64,000 bases of DNA from Gemmatimonadales bacterium (GTDB taxonomy: Bacteria; Gemmatimonadota; Gemmatimonadetes; Gemmatimonadales; GWC2-71-9), in the NCBI GenBank assembly GCA_039794085.1, contig JBDIWC010000008.1, forward strand, positions 44,845-108,844, given 5' to 3'. Under the pieces are notes generated by a model that was given only the letters and a program-made list of their open reading frames with translations, did not search any database and was not told the DNA's origin. A program made the translations under genes and the position numbers. This document shows, piece after piece, positions 9,560 to 18,497 of this stretch. Positions within the stretch are counted from its first letter, which is position 1. The number at the start of each line of letters is the position of its first letter.

Positions 9560-11904
9560 CGTCCCCCTCCCAGGGCGTGGACCCGGGGCCCCAGATCGAG
9601 AAACCGGATGTCCACCGCCAGGGCTCGTTCGTACCAGGGCAACGCCTCCCCGCCGCGTTCCAGGGCCTCAAGGGACCGCCCCAGCCAATAGATCAGCCCG
9701 ATCTTCTCGTCATCCGATCCCGGCACGGACTCGATCGCCCGGCGCAGTACCGCCTCCGCAATGGCGTATCGCCCCTTCTCGTAGAAGGAGATCCCCAAGG
9801 CCTCCGAGGCCCGGAGGCGTCCTTCGGGAGAACGGAGAGCCTTCTGAAACTGGGCGATCGCCTCATCGAGCAGGCCCATCTCCTTGAAGGCGATTCCGAG
9901 GTCGTACTGGGCCTGGAAGTCCTCACTGTCGAGGTTCTCCTCGATTCCTCTCTTGAACTGGCTCAAGGTTTCGAGGAAGTCCTTGTCCTCATCGCCAACG
10001 GGTTCCTCCGCATCGACCCGCATCCGGGTATCCCGGGCCGGGACCGGATCCATGATGAGGGCGCCCAGGTCCACGAAATCGTTTCCGCCCGTCGGCTCGG
10101 CCGGTGCCAGGGGCGCCGCGGCCGGAGGAATGGGGCCGGAGGTGTCCGGAGAACGGGACGGGGAAGGCGCCTGCAGGGTGAGAATGGCTGCCTGGGCCAC
10201 GGCGTTCCCCGGATCGAGCTCCTCCACGCGCCGATAGACGGCCAACGCGTTCTCCGCCGCACCGATGCGCAGAAGGGCGTCGGCCAGACCGAGGTAGCTC
10301 CGCACCAGGAGAACGGGGTCACCGGAGTGATAGGCCAGCTCCACCCGCTTCTGGAATCGGGGGAGGTTGTCGGGTTCGAGAGTAATCAGGTCCCCCGCCA
10401 CCACCAGCGCCTCCTCCCACCGGGACGCCACCTCGTGCAGCCGGAGCAGGTCTTCCAGCACCTCGATTCCGCCCGGGTGGTTTCCCCGCTCCAGGAGGGC
10501 GGAGGCCTCTCGCCGCAGGGCGACCGGGTCGGATCGATCGAGGGCGGCTTCCACGAGGTCGGCGGCATCGAGGGACTCGAAGAGCGCCTCGTCGGTCCCG
10601 GGAACCGGCTCCCGCTCGACCGATGCCGTCTCCCGTCCCGAAATCTCCGGAGCCTCCGTCAACTCGAAATCATCACGGCCGGTGTCCGCGGCCCCGTCCC
10701 ATTCCCCGCCCACCTCGGACCACTCCTCCCCGGAGGGGGGAAGGATCACTTCCACTCCCCCCAGGTCACCGTCCACTTCCGAGACCCCGGGGAGATCGAC
10801 ATCCAGGGCCTCCGCGGCCAGCTCCACCGCAAGATCAGGCAGGGAGGAATCGGGCGCCCCCTCAAACTCAAGGAGTGGCTCGGGTTCGACCTGGTCGAGT
10901 TCGAGGGAGGGGAGATCCTGCGCATCGTGCGAGGGAGCAAAGTCGTGGTTGGTGACGAAATCCAGGGGCGCCGTGTCGACGACCTGTATCTCCTCGGCGG
11001 GCACCTCCCACTCGGGTCCCCGGGAGGTGGGGTCCTCCAGGGTCGTGGCATCGGGATCCTGGATGATCTCCACCTCATCGCCCGAGCCATCCCACCGCAG
11101 ATCACGCGAACCATCCAGATCGATTCCGGAATCCTCCGCGGCCCCCTCCCCGGACTCCACCACCTCTGTCGCCTCATTCTCGGGACCAACCTCCGCCCTC
11201 CGCGTCGGTACGATTCCTGGCACCCCCGACCCGGTATCGAGGAACACCAGCCCCGATCCCGCCAAACTCGGTGGGATGTCCTGCATTCCCCCGGTTTCGA
11301 TGGCCTCGGCCCGTTCCCGGGTTCGGCGGGCCCCCCGCACGTCACCCTGGACCTCGAGATGGGAGGCGAGCTTCTCCAACTGTTCCCTGGCCTCGTCGGT
11401 CCGGGAGGCCGCCCGGAGGAGCTCGCTCAGCATCAGTCGAATGTCGGGATTGCCCGAGAAGGTGTCGGCAAAGGCCTTCACCGACTGGAAGGCATCCTCG
11501 AGACGTCCCACCGAGTGCATCCGCTCCACATATTCGAGGAGGTTCCTCTTCGCCTCCGGAATGACATTCTTGCGGGAATGGAGCTGGGCGAGGCGGAGAT
11601 AGGTTTCGGTACGACCCGGGTTGACCCGGAGGATCTTGCCACAGAGAGCGATCGCGTTGTTGTAGAATCCCTGGTCCGCGTAGAGCTCCGCGGCCTGCTC
11701 ATAACCCCGGAGGGCGGCCGCCGAGTCCCCCGCCTTCATCTCGAGATCGCCCACCTTGTTGTACAGGCTCGGGTCCACGCTCTCGGACCCGGTGCCGAGT
11801 CCCTGGATGGCCCTGTGGTAGACCTCGATGGCTCGACGCCACTCCTCCCGTTGCTCAAACCGGCGGGCCTGTTCCTTGAGCTTGTCGAGATTCATCCGGG
11901 CCAC
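9556..11904 (-). CDS. Large TPR protein with acidic central linker
   Basis: N-terminal TPR array, D/E-rich linker, C-terminal TPRs incl. DFQAQYDLGIAFKEMGLLDEAIAQFQKA. Confidence 0.8.
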   Translation of the reverse strand: MARMNLDKLKEQARRFEQREEWRRAIEVYHRAIQGLGTGSESVDPSLYNKVGDLEMKAGDSAAALRGYEQAAELYADQGFYNNAIALCGKILRVNPGRTETYLRLAQLHSRKNVIPEAKRNLLEYVERMHSVGRLEDAFQSVKAFADTFSGNPDIRLMLSELLRAASRTDEAREQLEKLASHLEVQGDVRGARRTRERAEAIETGGMQDIPPSLAGSGLVFLDTGSGVPGIVPTRRAEVGPENEATEVVESGEGAAEDSGIDLDGSRDLRWDGSGDEVEIIQDPDATTLEDPTSRGPEWEVPAEEIQVVDTAPLDFVTNHDFAPSHDAQDLPSLELDQVEPEPLLEFEGAPDSSLPDLAVELAAEALDVDLPGVSEVDGDLGGVEVILPPSGEEWSEVGGEWDGAADTGRDDFELTEAPEISGRETASVEREPVPGTDEALFESLDAADLVEAALDRSDPVALRREASALLERGNHPGGIEVLEDLLRLHEVASRWEEALVVAGDLITLEPDNLPRFQKRVELAYHSGDPVLLVRSYLGLADALLRIGAAENALAVYRRVEELDPGNAVAQAAILTLQAPSPSRSPDTSGPIPPAAAPLAPAEPTGGNDFVDLGALIMDPVPARDTRMRVDAEEPVGDEDKDFLETLSQFKRGIEENLDSEDFQAQYDLGIAFKEMGLLDEAIAQFQKALRSPEGRLRASEALGISFYEKGRYAIAEAVLRRAIESVPGSDDEKIGLIYWLGRSLEALERGGEALPWYERALAVDIRFLDLGPRVHALGGGR

Positions 11905-11946
11905 GGGTCAGAGACGAAGGATGTGGTGAACCTGTTGCAACCTCGC

Positions 11947-11975
11947 AAGATAGATCCCCTCTCCGGGCCGGGCAA
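11947..11975 (-). promoter_or_regulatory. Sigma70-type promoter for TPR-ispB-DUF4321-tatA
   Basis: Minus strand TTGCCC-17 nt-TATCTT. Confidence 0.55.
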
Positions 11976-11979
11976 GCAA

Positions 11980-13512
11980 TTACCCCGCCGTCCGGGCCGG
12001 ATCCAGACGTCCCTCGGCAACCAGGGCCGCCAGCCGCTCCAGATCCACCCCGGGTGGCCGGTCCACCGTCAGCGGGGCTACACCACCAGGTCCTCGGACA
12101 AGGTCGAAGAGCCGGCGCACGCCGCGACCGGGCTGGAGCGGGCGCAGGATCTCCAACCCTTGGGCGCCGCAGAGAAACTCGGCCGCCACCACCAGCTGGG
12201 CGTTCGCCAGAACTCGGCGGGCCTTGAATGCGGCGGCCATTCCCATGGGCACAAAGTCCTCCTGGTTGGCATCGGTGGGGATCGAGCCGATGCTGGCCGG
12301 ATAGGACAAGGTTCTCGATTCGGCCACCAGGGAGGCCGCCGTGATCTGCACCATCATGAATCCCGAGGAGAGGCCGGCCGACGAGGTCAGGAAGGCGGGG
12401 AGCCCCTGACTCAGATCGGGGTTGACCAGCCGCTCGATGCGCCGCTCACTGATAGTCTGCAGGGTGGTCAGCGCGATGGTGACGAAGTCCATAGCCTGGG
12501 CCACCGGCTGGCCGTGGAAGTTGCCCCCCGACAGCACCTCGGACCCGAACACCAGGGGATTGTCGGTCGAGGCGTTGAGCTCGACCGACGCCACGCGGCG
12601 CGCGAACGTGATCGCATCCCACACGGCACCCAGCACCTGAGGAGTGCACCGGAGGCTGTAGGCATCCTGGACCCGGGAGTCGCCCTGACGATGGGACTCC
12701 CGGATGGGGCTGTCGTGGAGGAGGTCGCGCATCAGGCGGGCGGCGATCCCCTGCCCCTGGTGGGGGCGGGCCTCATGAATCCGGGGATCGAGCGGGGTCG
12801 GGGTCCCTCGCAGCGCCTCCAGGCTCATCGCCGCCGCCCCGATCGCGGAGCGCCACAGAACCTCCGCGTCGTGCACCAGGAGGGTGAGGACGGCGGTCTG
12901 GGCCTGAGTTCCGTTGATGAAGGCCAGACCCTCCTTGGGGCCGAACGTGAAGGGCTCCAGCCCGCATTCCTTCAGGACGAGGTGCGATGCGTCAACGGTG
13001 CCATCCGGCCGGGCGAGGGTGCCCTCCCCCATCAATGCCAGCGCCAGGTGGCTGAGAGGTGCCAGATCCCCGCTCGCCCCCACGCTGCCCTGTTCCGGCA
13101 CGACTGGGATCGCCCCGCTGTTGAGCAGCGCCACCAGCGCTTGCGCCAGCGCCGGGCGCACGCCACTGGTGGGTCGGAGCAGCACATTGGCGCGGAGGCA
13201 CATCATGGCCCGTACCACGTCCCGCGGGAGGGGAGTCCCCACGCCCGCCGCGTGACTGCGGATCAGGTTGGCCTGCAGCGCGGTCAGGTCGTCCGGACCG
13301 ATGCGGACATCCGCCAGCTTGCCGAATCCGGTGTTGATGCCGTACATGGTGTCGCCCCGGGCCACGGCTCGCTCCACGACGGCACGGGTGCCGGCCATGG
13401 CGTCGAGGGCCCGGGGGTCGATGTCGATCCGGAGATCCGGATTCCGGGCAATGCGGGTCAGGTCCTCAATGGACAGCGACAGGCCGGTCAGGCGAAGGGG
13501 GGTGTCGGTCAT
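11980..13512 (-). CDS. hutH: Histidine ammonia-lyase
   Basis: YGINTGFG, HAL-type NLIRSHAAG, MIO motif GSVGASGDL, VQDAYSLRC, SGGNFHG, NQEDFVPMG; ATG 13512. Confidence 0.92.
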   Translation of the reverse strand: MTDTPLRLTGLSLSIEDLTRIARNPDLRIDIDPRALDAMAGTRAVVERAVARGDTMYGINTGFGKLADVRIGPDDLTALQANLIRSHAAGVGTPLPRDVVRAMMCLRANVLLRPTSGVRPALAQALVALLNSGAIPVVPEQGSVGASGDLAPLSHLALALMGEGTLARPDGTVDASHLVLKECGLEPFTFGPKEGLAFINGTQAQTAVLTLLVHDAEVLWRSAIGAAAMSLEALRGTPTPLDPRIHEARPHQGQGIAARLMRDLLHDSPIRESHRQGDSRVQDAYSLRCTPQVLGAVWDAITFARRVASVELNASTDNPLVFGSEVLSGGNFHGQPVAQAMDFVTIALTTLQTISERRIERLVNPDLSQGLPAFLTSSAGLSSGFMMVQITAASLVAESRTLSYPASIGSIPTDANQEDFVPMGMAAAFKARRVLANAQLVVAAEFLCGAQGLEILRPLQPGRGVRRLFDLVRGPGGVAPLTVDRPPGVDLERLAALVAEGRLDPARTAG

Positions 13513-13518
13513 GGGCGG

Positions 13519-13547
13519 AAAGTGCGGGGCCCCGGGACCGGGGGCAA
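13519..13547 (-). promoter_or_regulatory. Candidate leaderless promoter for hutH
   Basis: TTGCCC-17 nt-CACTTT, 6 nt before ATG; no SD. Confidence 0.35.
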
Positions 13548-13599
13548 GGTCGGGGTCCTCCCCGGAGCGATGGCGCATGTGGCGATGTGTCAGGCGTCG

Positions 13600-16500
13600 C
13601 TACCGGACGGAGGTCTGGTTGTAGTCGAACTTGATGTCGGGAAGGTCGATCAGGTGGATCGAGAAGAAGAAGGAGAAATTGCCGTTGGCGTTCTGCGCGA
13701 AATTGAACGCGGCCTGCCAGTCGTGAAGATCCCGCTGGAGCCGGAAGATGTGGCTCTCGAACTTTCCGTCCGTCGCGTTGTAGTTGGTGTCCCAGGCCAC
13801 GGCCCAGAACGCGGTGGGGCTGAAGGTGGTGTTGAAACGGATGTTGCTCTTGGTGGGCTGACGAACCGACAGGGTGTCCCCCTTGAGTGGGGGGCGGCTT
13901 CGGTTGATGGTGACGTTGATCGTGGAGGAGAACCCCCGGCCGCTCGGGAACCGCCCGAAGTCGCGGGCGCTGGTGATGGGCGCCTGGAACGGGGCTCCGG
14001 CGTTCGGGCTCATCCCCGGCGGGACCGTGGGGCGGTTGGCGTCGGGGGCATCCCGGTCCGCGATACCGAACAGGGAGCCGATCCCGCGTAGAGTGCGCCC
14101 GGTGAGGGTGAAACTCGCGTTCACGCTCTGGAGGAACGGTTCGAAGCGCGAGCTGTCGAACCCGGCCACTCCACGCCAGAGGTCGTGTCCCAGAGTGAGG
14201 TCAAATCCGGGCAGCAGATCCGAGTCGAACCGGTTGGTGATGAACTGGGTGACCCACCCGTTCCGCCCCGGCTTCTTGGCCTGCTCGAAGTCGAACGTGA
14301 TTCCCGACGTGGAAATGCCGAGGAGCCGGAACTTCCGCTGGGTACGACTCGTGGTATCCCCGGGAGCGGGCCGTTCCTTCGCCTCGAAGTTCTGGGACAG
14401 GGAGAGCGTGAGGGTCGTGACCGCGGGACTCTCGCGCGTCACCACCTGCCCGGGGTTCGCGACCGCTTCGGCGAACTCCTGGGACACGGTGGCCGTGGGC
14501 GAATGATTGAACGAGAGAGAGGGCGCAATGCTGTGCCGGATCCGCTCAATCGGTCCAAACCCGGGAAAGAACCCGAAGAAGGTCGGGGCCGCGGCCAGAC
14601 TGAAGGAGAGCCGCTTCCCCTGCACCAGGTAGGCCCCTCCGGTCCGCTCGTTTCGGATGACGAAGGGTTGTCCCGCCAACTTGTTCGCGATCCCGACGGA
14701 CGGGGTGACCTTCCACGAGCTCCGGAGGAGGAGCGGGAGGTTGATCCCGGTGTCCCAGTTCAGGGTGGTCGCGAAGGTCCCGGTGGTCACTTGCTGGACG
14801 CTGATCGAGTCATCCGGCTCCGGGGTGGAGAGATCGGGGACCTTCCGAGTGACGGTGCGGGGGCTCCGTTCCTCCCGGTCCGCAATGTTGACCGCGTTCC
14901 GCCAATCAAAGGTTCCGATGCGGAGCGGTGTCATGATGTTGATCGTTGTGTTGCGGGTCGTGGCGCGAAACGTCAGGGAGTCCAGTTCTCCCACCGGGGT
15001 CGCCAGGGAGACGATTCCATCCCGCCGTGTCGTCGCATTGCTCAACCGGAACGTGGGAGACCAGGTCACCGACCCCCCGAGATCGATCGGATTGGGGTTG
15101 AGGGACAGTTCCGGAAAGTTGGTCCGCACCTCGCTGTCGTTCGGGCTCTGGCTCCGGGTGCCCCCGAGGGAGGCCGTCCCCCACCGGAATCGGCGATCGA
15201 GATTCATCGAGGAGCGGATGTTCTGGGTGTTGACGATCGGGTCGATGGCGTTGTTGTTCAGGACTCGGGTGTTGCTCGCGACATCGAGGTTGAGCGTCAA
15301 GCGCGTGGCCACCCCGAAGCTCTGCCGGTGGTTCCAGGCGATGCGCGTGTTTGACTCCCCGCTGCCGTCGATCTGTTTCAGCCGTGACCAGGAAAGGTTT
15401 CCCTCCAGAAACCGGTCGAGCCACCGGTACTGCCCCGCGACCTCGATTCGCGTGCTCCGGTTGGCCAGCCAATCGAAGGTCCCCACAAAATCGAAGTAGT
15501 CGCTGGCGGCCCAGTAATACCCCATGTTGGTGACCTGGCGATTGAAGTTCCGGGTGGGGCGCACGATGTCGTTGAAGCCGAACCGCGGCACCAGAATGCC
15601 GGAGCGACGTCCCTGCTTGGTATCCTGGAAGATGAAGGGGAGCCAGAGCACCGGCACATCCCGGATGTAGAGCACCGCGGGGCGCGCCACCATCGTGGAC
15701 TGCGAGACCCATTTCACCTCTTTCGCGGCGAAATGATAGTGCGATTCGGGGAGGTCGCAGCTGGTGATCTCCTTGGCGGCGGCATACAGGCGGCTCGAGA
15801 CCGAGTCGACGGCCAGGTTGCCCCGGATGAACCAGTTGGCGCCCTGCTGGTTGAAGGAGGTGAGGGCGTCGGACAAGACCCCGCGCTCGACACAGGTGTC
15901 GTAGCGCACCGTGTCCCCGATGGCCACCTGGTTGTTCTGGAAGAGTCGCGGTCCCCCGGTGGCGGTGAAGCGGCAGGCCGGGTCGTCGTACTCGATGATC
16001 TCCGCCTCCAGGATCGCTCCGCTTCGTTCCGTCATGGCCTGGCCCTGCAGCCGCAGCAGGCGGGTCCCGGCGTTCACCGACGCCGAATCGGCCATGTAGC
16101 GCGTCACCGCGAAGCCGGGCCGGGTAAGGAGACGTTGGAGAATGGAATCCCCGGGTCCGAAGCTCTTGCTCGGGCCGGTCGGGAGCCCCATGCGCTGGGC
16201 CGCGGCGGAATCCCGGGCCACCTGCGCCGCCCGGATGGAGTCCTGGGCGGTCATCGAATCGGGCACCACCCGGGTGGTGTCCTGTTGTGCTGTGGCGGAT
16301 CCGGAGGGGACCCCCATCAGGAGCACCAGGGCTCCCACCGCGGCCGCCACCCGCCGGCGCCGGTGAATCACCATCGCCCCGGCCACCCCGACCTCGTAGA
16401 GCAACAGCAGCGGGAGGGTCATGATCAACATGGAGAAGACATCGGGACCCGGAGAGAAGAAGGCCCCCCCCACGAAGGCGAGCACCATCCAGTAGCGCCG

Positions 16501-17091
16501 GAACCGGTGGAGAATCACCGGGGTCACCACGCCGAGCGCCGCCAGCGTGATGATGATGAGCGGCAGCTCGAAGGAGAGTCCCATGCCGAGCATGATCCGG
16601 ATGACGAAGCCGAAGTACTTGTCATACGTGATCATGGTGGTGAACGATCCCGCCTCGATGCTGAGGAGGACGCTGATGGCCTTGGGTACCACCAGCAGGA
16701 ACGAGAGCACCGCCCCGGTCAGAAAGAGCAGCAGCCCCGCAAAGAGACTGGGGACGATCGCCTTCTTTTCCTTCTCGTAGAGGGCCGGAGAGAGAAACGC
16801 CCACACCTGCCAGAGGATGACCGGAGACGCCAGCACCAGGCCGGTGATGAATCCCAGCTTGAGCACGATCATGACCGGTTCGGTCGGGCTCAGGACGGTC
16901 AGTTTCCCGTCGGGAAGGAACGGGGCGATCGGCCCCTTGAGAACGTCGATCAGATGCAACTGGTCGACGAGAAGGAGGCCCAGGCCAAACCCCGCCACCA
17001 CGGCCAGCAGCACCCTCAGAATGCGGGTGCGCAACTCCTCGAGGTGGTCGAGGAACGGCATCTCACCCTCGACAGCGGGAGGTCGGGACAT
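13600..17091 (-). CDS. TatC - LptD (LPS-assembly outer-membrane protein) fusion
   Basis: N-terminal part is TatC (MPFLDHLEELR, LSPTEP, WAFLSPALY..EKK, FELP, PDVFSM...LYE); C-terminal ~900 aa is LptD-like (ITSCDLPESHYHF, VPVLWLPF...RRSGILVP, alternating beta strands, LQRDLHDW); no in-frame stop between them. Confidence 0.85.
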   Translation of the reverse strand: MSRPPAVEGEMPFLDHLEELRTRILRVLLAVVAGFGLGLLLVDQLHLIDVLKGPIAPFLPDGKLTVLSPTEPVMIVLKLGFITGLVLASPVILWQVWAFLSPALYEKEKKAIVPSLFAGLLLFLTGAVLSFLLVVPKAISVLLSIEAGSFTTMITYDKYFGFVIRIMLGMGLSFELPLIIITLAALGVVTPVILHRFRRYWMVLAFVGGAFFSPGPDVFSMLIMTLPLLLLYEVGVAGAMVIHRRRRVAAAVGALVLLMGVPSGSATAQQDTTRVVPDSMTAQDSIRAAQVARDSAAAQRMGLPTGPSKSFGPGDSILQRLLTRPGFAVTRYMADSASVNAGTRLLRLQGQAMTERSGAILEAEIIEYDDPACRFTATGGPRLFQNNQVAIGDTVRYDTCVERGVLSDALTSFNQQGANWFIRGNLAVDSVSSRLYAAAKEITSCDLPESHYHFAAKEVKWVSQSTMVARPAVLYIRDVPVLWLPFIFQDTKQGRRSGILVPRFGFNDIVRPTRNFNRQVTNMGYYWAASDYFDFVGTFDWLANRSTRIEVAGQYRWLDRFLEGNLSWSRLKQIDGSGESNTRIAWNHRQSFGVATRLTLNLDVASNTRVLNNNAIDPIVNTQNIRSSMNLDRRFRWGTASLGGTRSQSPNDSEVRTNFPELSLNPNPIDLGGSVTWSPTFRLSNATTRRDGIVSLATPVGELDSLTFRATTRNTTINIMTPLRIGTFDWRNAVNIADREERSPRTVTRKVPDLSTPEPDDSISVQQVTTGTFATTLNWDTGINLPLLLRSSWKVTPSVGIANKLAGQPFVIRNERTGGAYLVQGKRLSFSLAAAPTFFGFFPGFGPIERIRHSIAPSLSFNHSPTATVSQEFAEAVANPGQVVTRESPAVTTLTLSLSQNFEAKERPAPGDTTSRTQRKFRLLGISTSGITFDFEQAKKPGRNGWVTQFITNRFDSDLLPGFDLTLGHDLWRGVAGFDSSRFEPFLQSVNASFTLTGRTLRGIGSLFGIADRDAPDANRPTVPPGMSPNAGAPFQAPITSARDFGRFPSGRGFSSTINVTINRSRPPLKGDTLSVRQPTKSNIRFNTTFSPTAFWAVAWDTNYNATDGKFESHIFRLQRDLHDWQAAFNFAQNANGNFSFFFSIHLIDLPDIKFDYNQTSVR

Positions 17092-17130
17092 GGCAGGCTC
17101 AGGCGCGCGGCCGGCCTCGGGCACCGCCGG

Positions 17131-17916
17131 TCAGGGCCGGAGAGCCGAGAGCCGGTCGCGGGCGAGGTTGGCTTCCGGTGCCCGGGGATAATTGCGAACA
17201 ACCGTCTGGTAGGCATCGCGGGCGGCCTCCAGGTCCTGCCTCAGTTCGGCGAGTTGGCCGATCTTGTACCACGCCGTGGGGGCTCGCTCCGAGGACGCAT
17301 ACCGCGTCGTGACCTCGCGGAAGTAATGGGCCGCGGAGTCGGGGTTCTCCACGGCGAAGGTTTCCCCCAGGGAGAGGAGCGCGAAGGGAACCTGTTCGCT
17401 GGTGGGCCAGGCCCGGAGGAAGTCGCGGAAGGCGGCACGGGCCGTCCCGAGGCTCCCGCGGAGGTGCATGGCCCGGGCGGCCTGGAACATTTCGTCCGCC
17501 GACGGGGTGGGGGCCGGGGCCAGACTGTCCCCGAGCAGCGAATCGGGTGTGGCCGGAGCCTGCAGTTGCTGCCCCCGGGTGTCCAGTTGCACCTTGAGCT
17601 CGGACAGGCGCCGCTGGCTCTGGCCGGTGAGCTCCTGGATCTGCAGCAGCTGCTGCTGGATGTTGAAGAGATCCTCCGCGAGCTCCCCCTTCGAGATGCG
17701 CACCGATTCCCGCACCGACCGCAGGGAGTCCATCACCGCCTCCTGGGTCCGGAGGATGGCGCCGATGTCAGCCGCATGCGCACTGTCGCGCCGCGCGGCC
17801 TCGGTGCGGAGGACGAGAACCTGGGTCTCGACCTTCCGCACCGCGCCGTTGGTGGCGCACCCGCCCAGCAGCAGGGCGCAGGCGCCACCGACCAGCAACC
17901 GACGTCCGCTCATCAC
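17131..17916 (-). CDS. cpoB: Tol-Pal cell division coordinator CpoB/YbgF (lipoprotein)
   Basis: Lipobox LGGC, coiled coil, C-terminal TPRs (AWYKIG...YQTVVRNYP..PEA); follows pal. Confidence 0.8.
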   Translation of the reverse strand: MMSGRRLLVGGACALLLGGCATNGAVRKVETQVLVLRTEAARRDSAHAADIGAILRTQEAVMDSLRSVRESVRISKGELAEDLFNIQQQLLQIQELTGQSQRRLSELKVQLDTRGQQLQAPATPDSLLGDSLAPAPTPSADEMFQAARAMHLRGSLGTARAAFRDFLRAWPTSEQVPFALLSLGETFAVENPDSAAHYFREVTTRYASSERAPTAWYKIGQLAELRQDLEAARDAYQTVVRNYPRAPEANLARDRLSALRP

Positions 17917-18473
17917 GGGGTGGGCCGGATGCTTTCCCGCCCGGCGAGGATCTCGAACTCCCCGCGACGGTTCATGGCCCAGGCCGATTCGTTCTGCCCC
18001 CGGTCGAGGGGCCGCTCCTCGCCAAAGGAGATGATGGTGATCCGGTCCTCGGCGATCCCCTTGGCCACGAGGTACCGCTTGGCCGAGGCCGCGCGCCGGT
18101 TCCCCAGCGCCAGGTTGTACTCATCCGATCCCCGGTCATCGGCGTGTCCGGCGATCCGGATCCGCAACTGGGGATAGGTCCGGAGCAGATCGGCCTTCCG
18201 GTCCAGCACCGCCTGATCCGCGGGACGAATGTCCGAGCGGTCGTAGTCGAAGTGCACCATCGCCGCAAGATCGTTGACCACCCGGGTCCGGAACGCTTCC
18301 AGTTCCGCCGCACTGTTGTCCGGGGCCGGGGGGGGCGGCGGCGGGGGGGGCGGCGGGGGGGGAGGGGGCGGGGGGGGAGGGGCCGGGGCGGGAACCACCT
18401 CGGGCTGCTTCTTGCCGCACGCTCCCGCTGTCAGTGCCATCAGGCCGAGCAGCAGTATCGTCCGCATCCGCAT
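17913..18473 (-). CDS. pal: Peptidoglycan-associated lipoprotein Pal with polyproline linker
   Basis: Lipobox AGAC, VHFDYD, GHADDRGSDEYNLALGNRRA, ISFGEERP, NRR. Confidence 0.93.
   Translation of the reverse strand: MRMRTILLLGLMALTAGACGKKQPEVVPAPAPPPPPPPPPPPPPPPPPPAPDNSAAELEAFRTRVVNDLAAMVHFDYDRSDIRPADQAVLDRKADLLRTYPQLRIRIAGHADDRGSDEYNLALGNRRAASAKRYLVAKGIAEDRITIISFGEERPLDRGQNESAWAMNRRGEFEILAGRESIRPTP
18327..18380. repeat. (CCN)18 tract encoding 18 consecutive prolines
   Basis: G-rich run on + strand containing several G7-G9 homopolymers. Confidence 0.95.
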
Positions 18474-18497
18474 TGCAAACTCCTCGTTGAAGTCATC

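Noticed and set aside
9577..14091. 1504-aa plus-strand ORF and similar long ORFs (e.g. 30444-33698, 44924-47944, 26812-29430)
   Set aside because: Antisense shadows of well-supported minus-strand genes; typical of high-GC codon bias; no recognisable motifs
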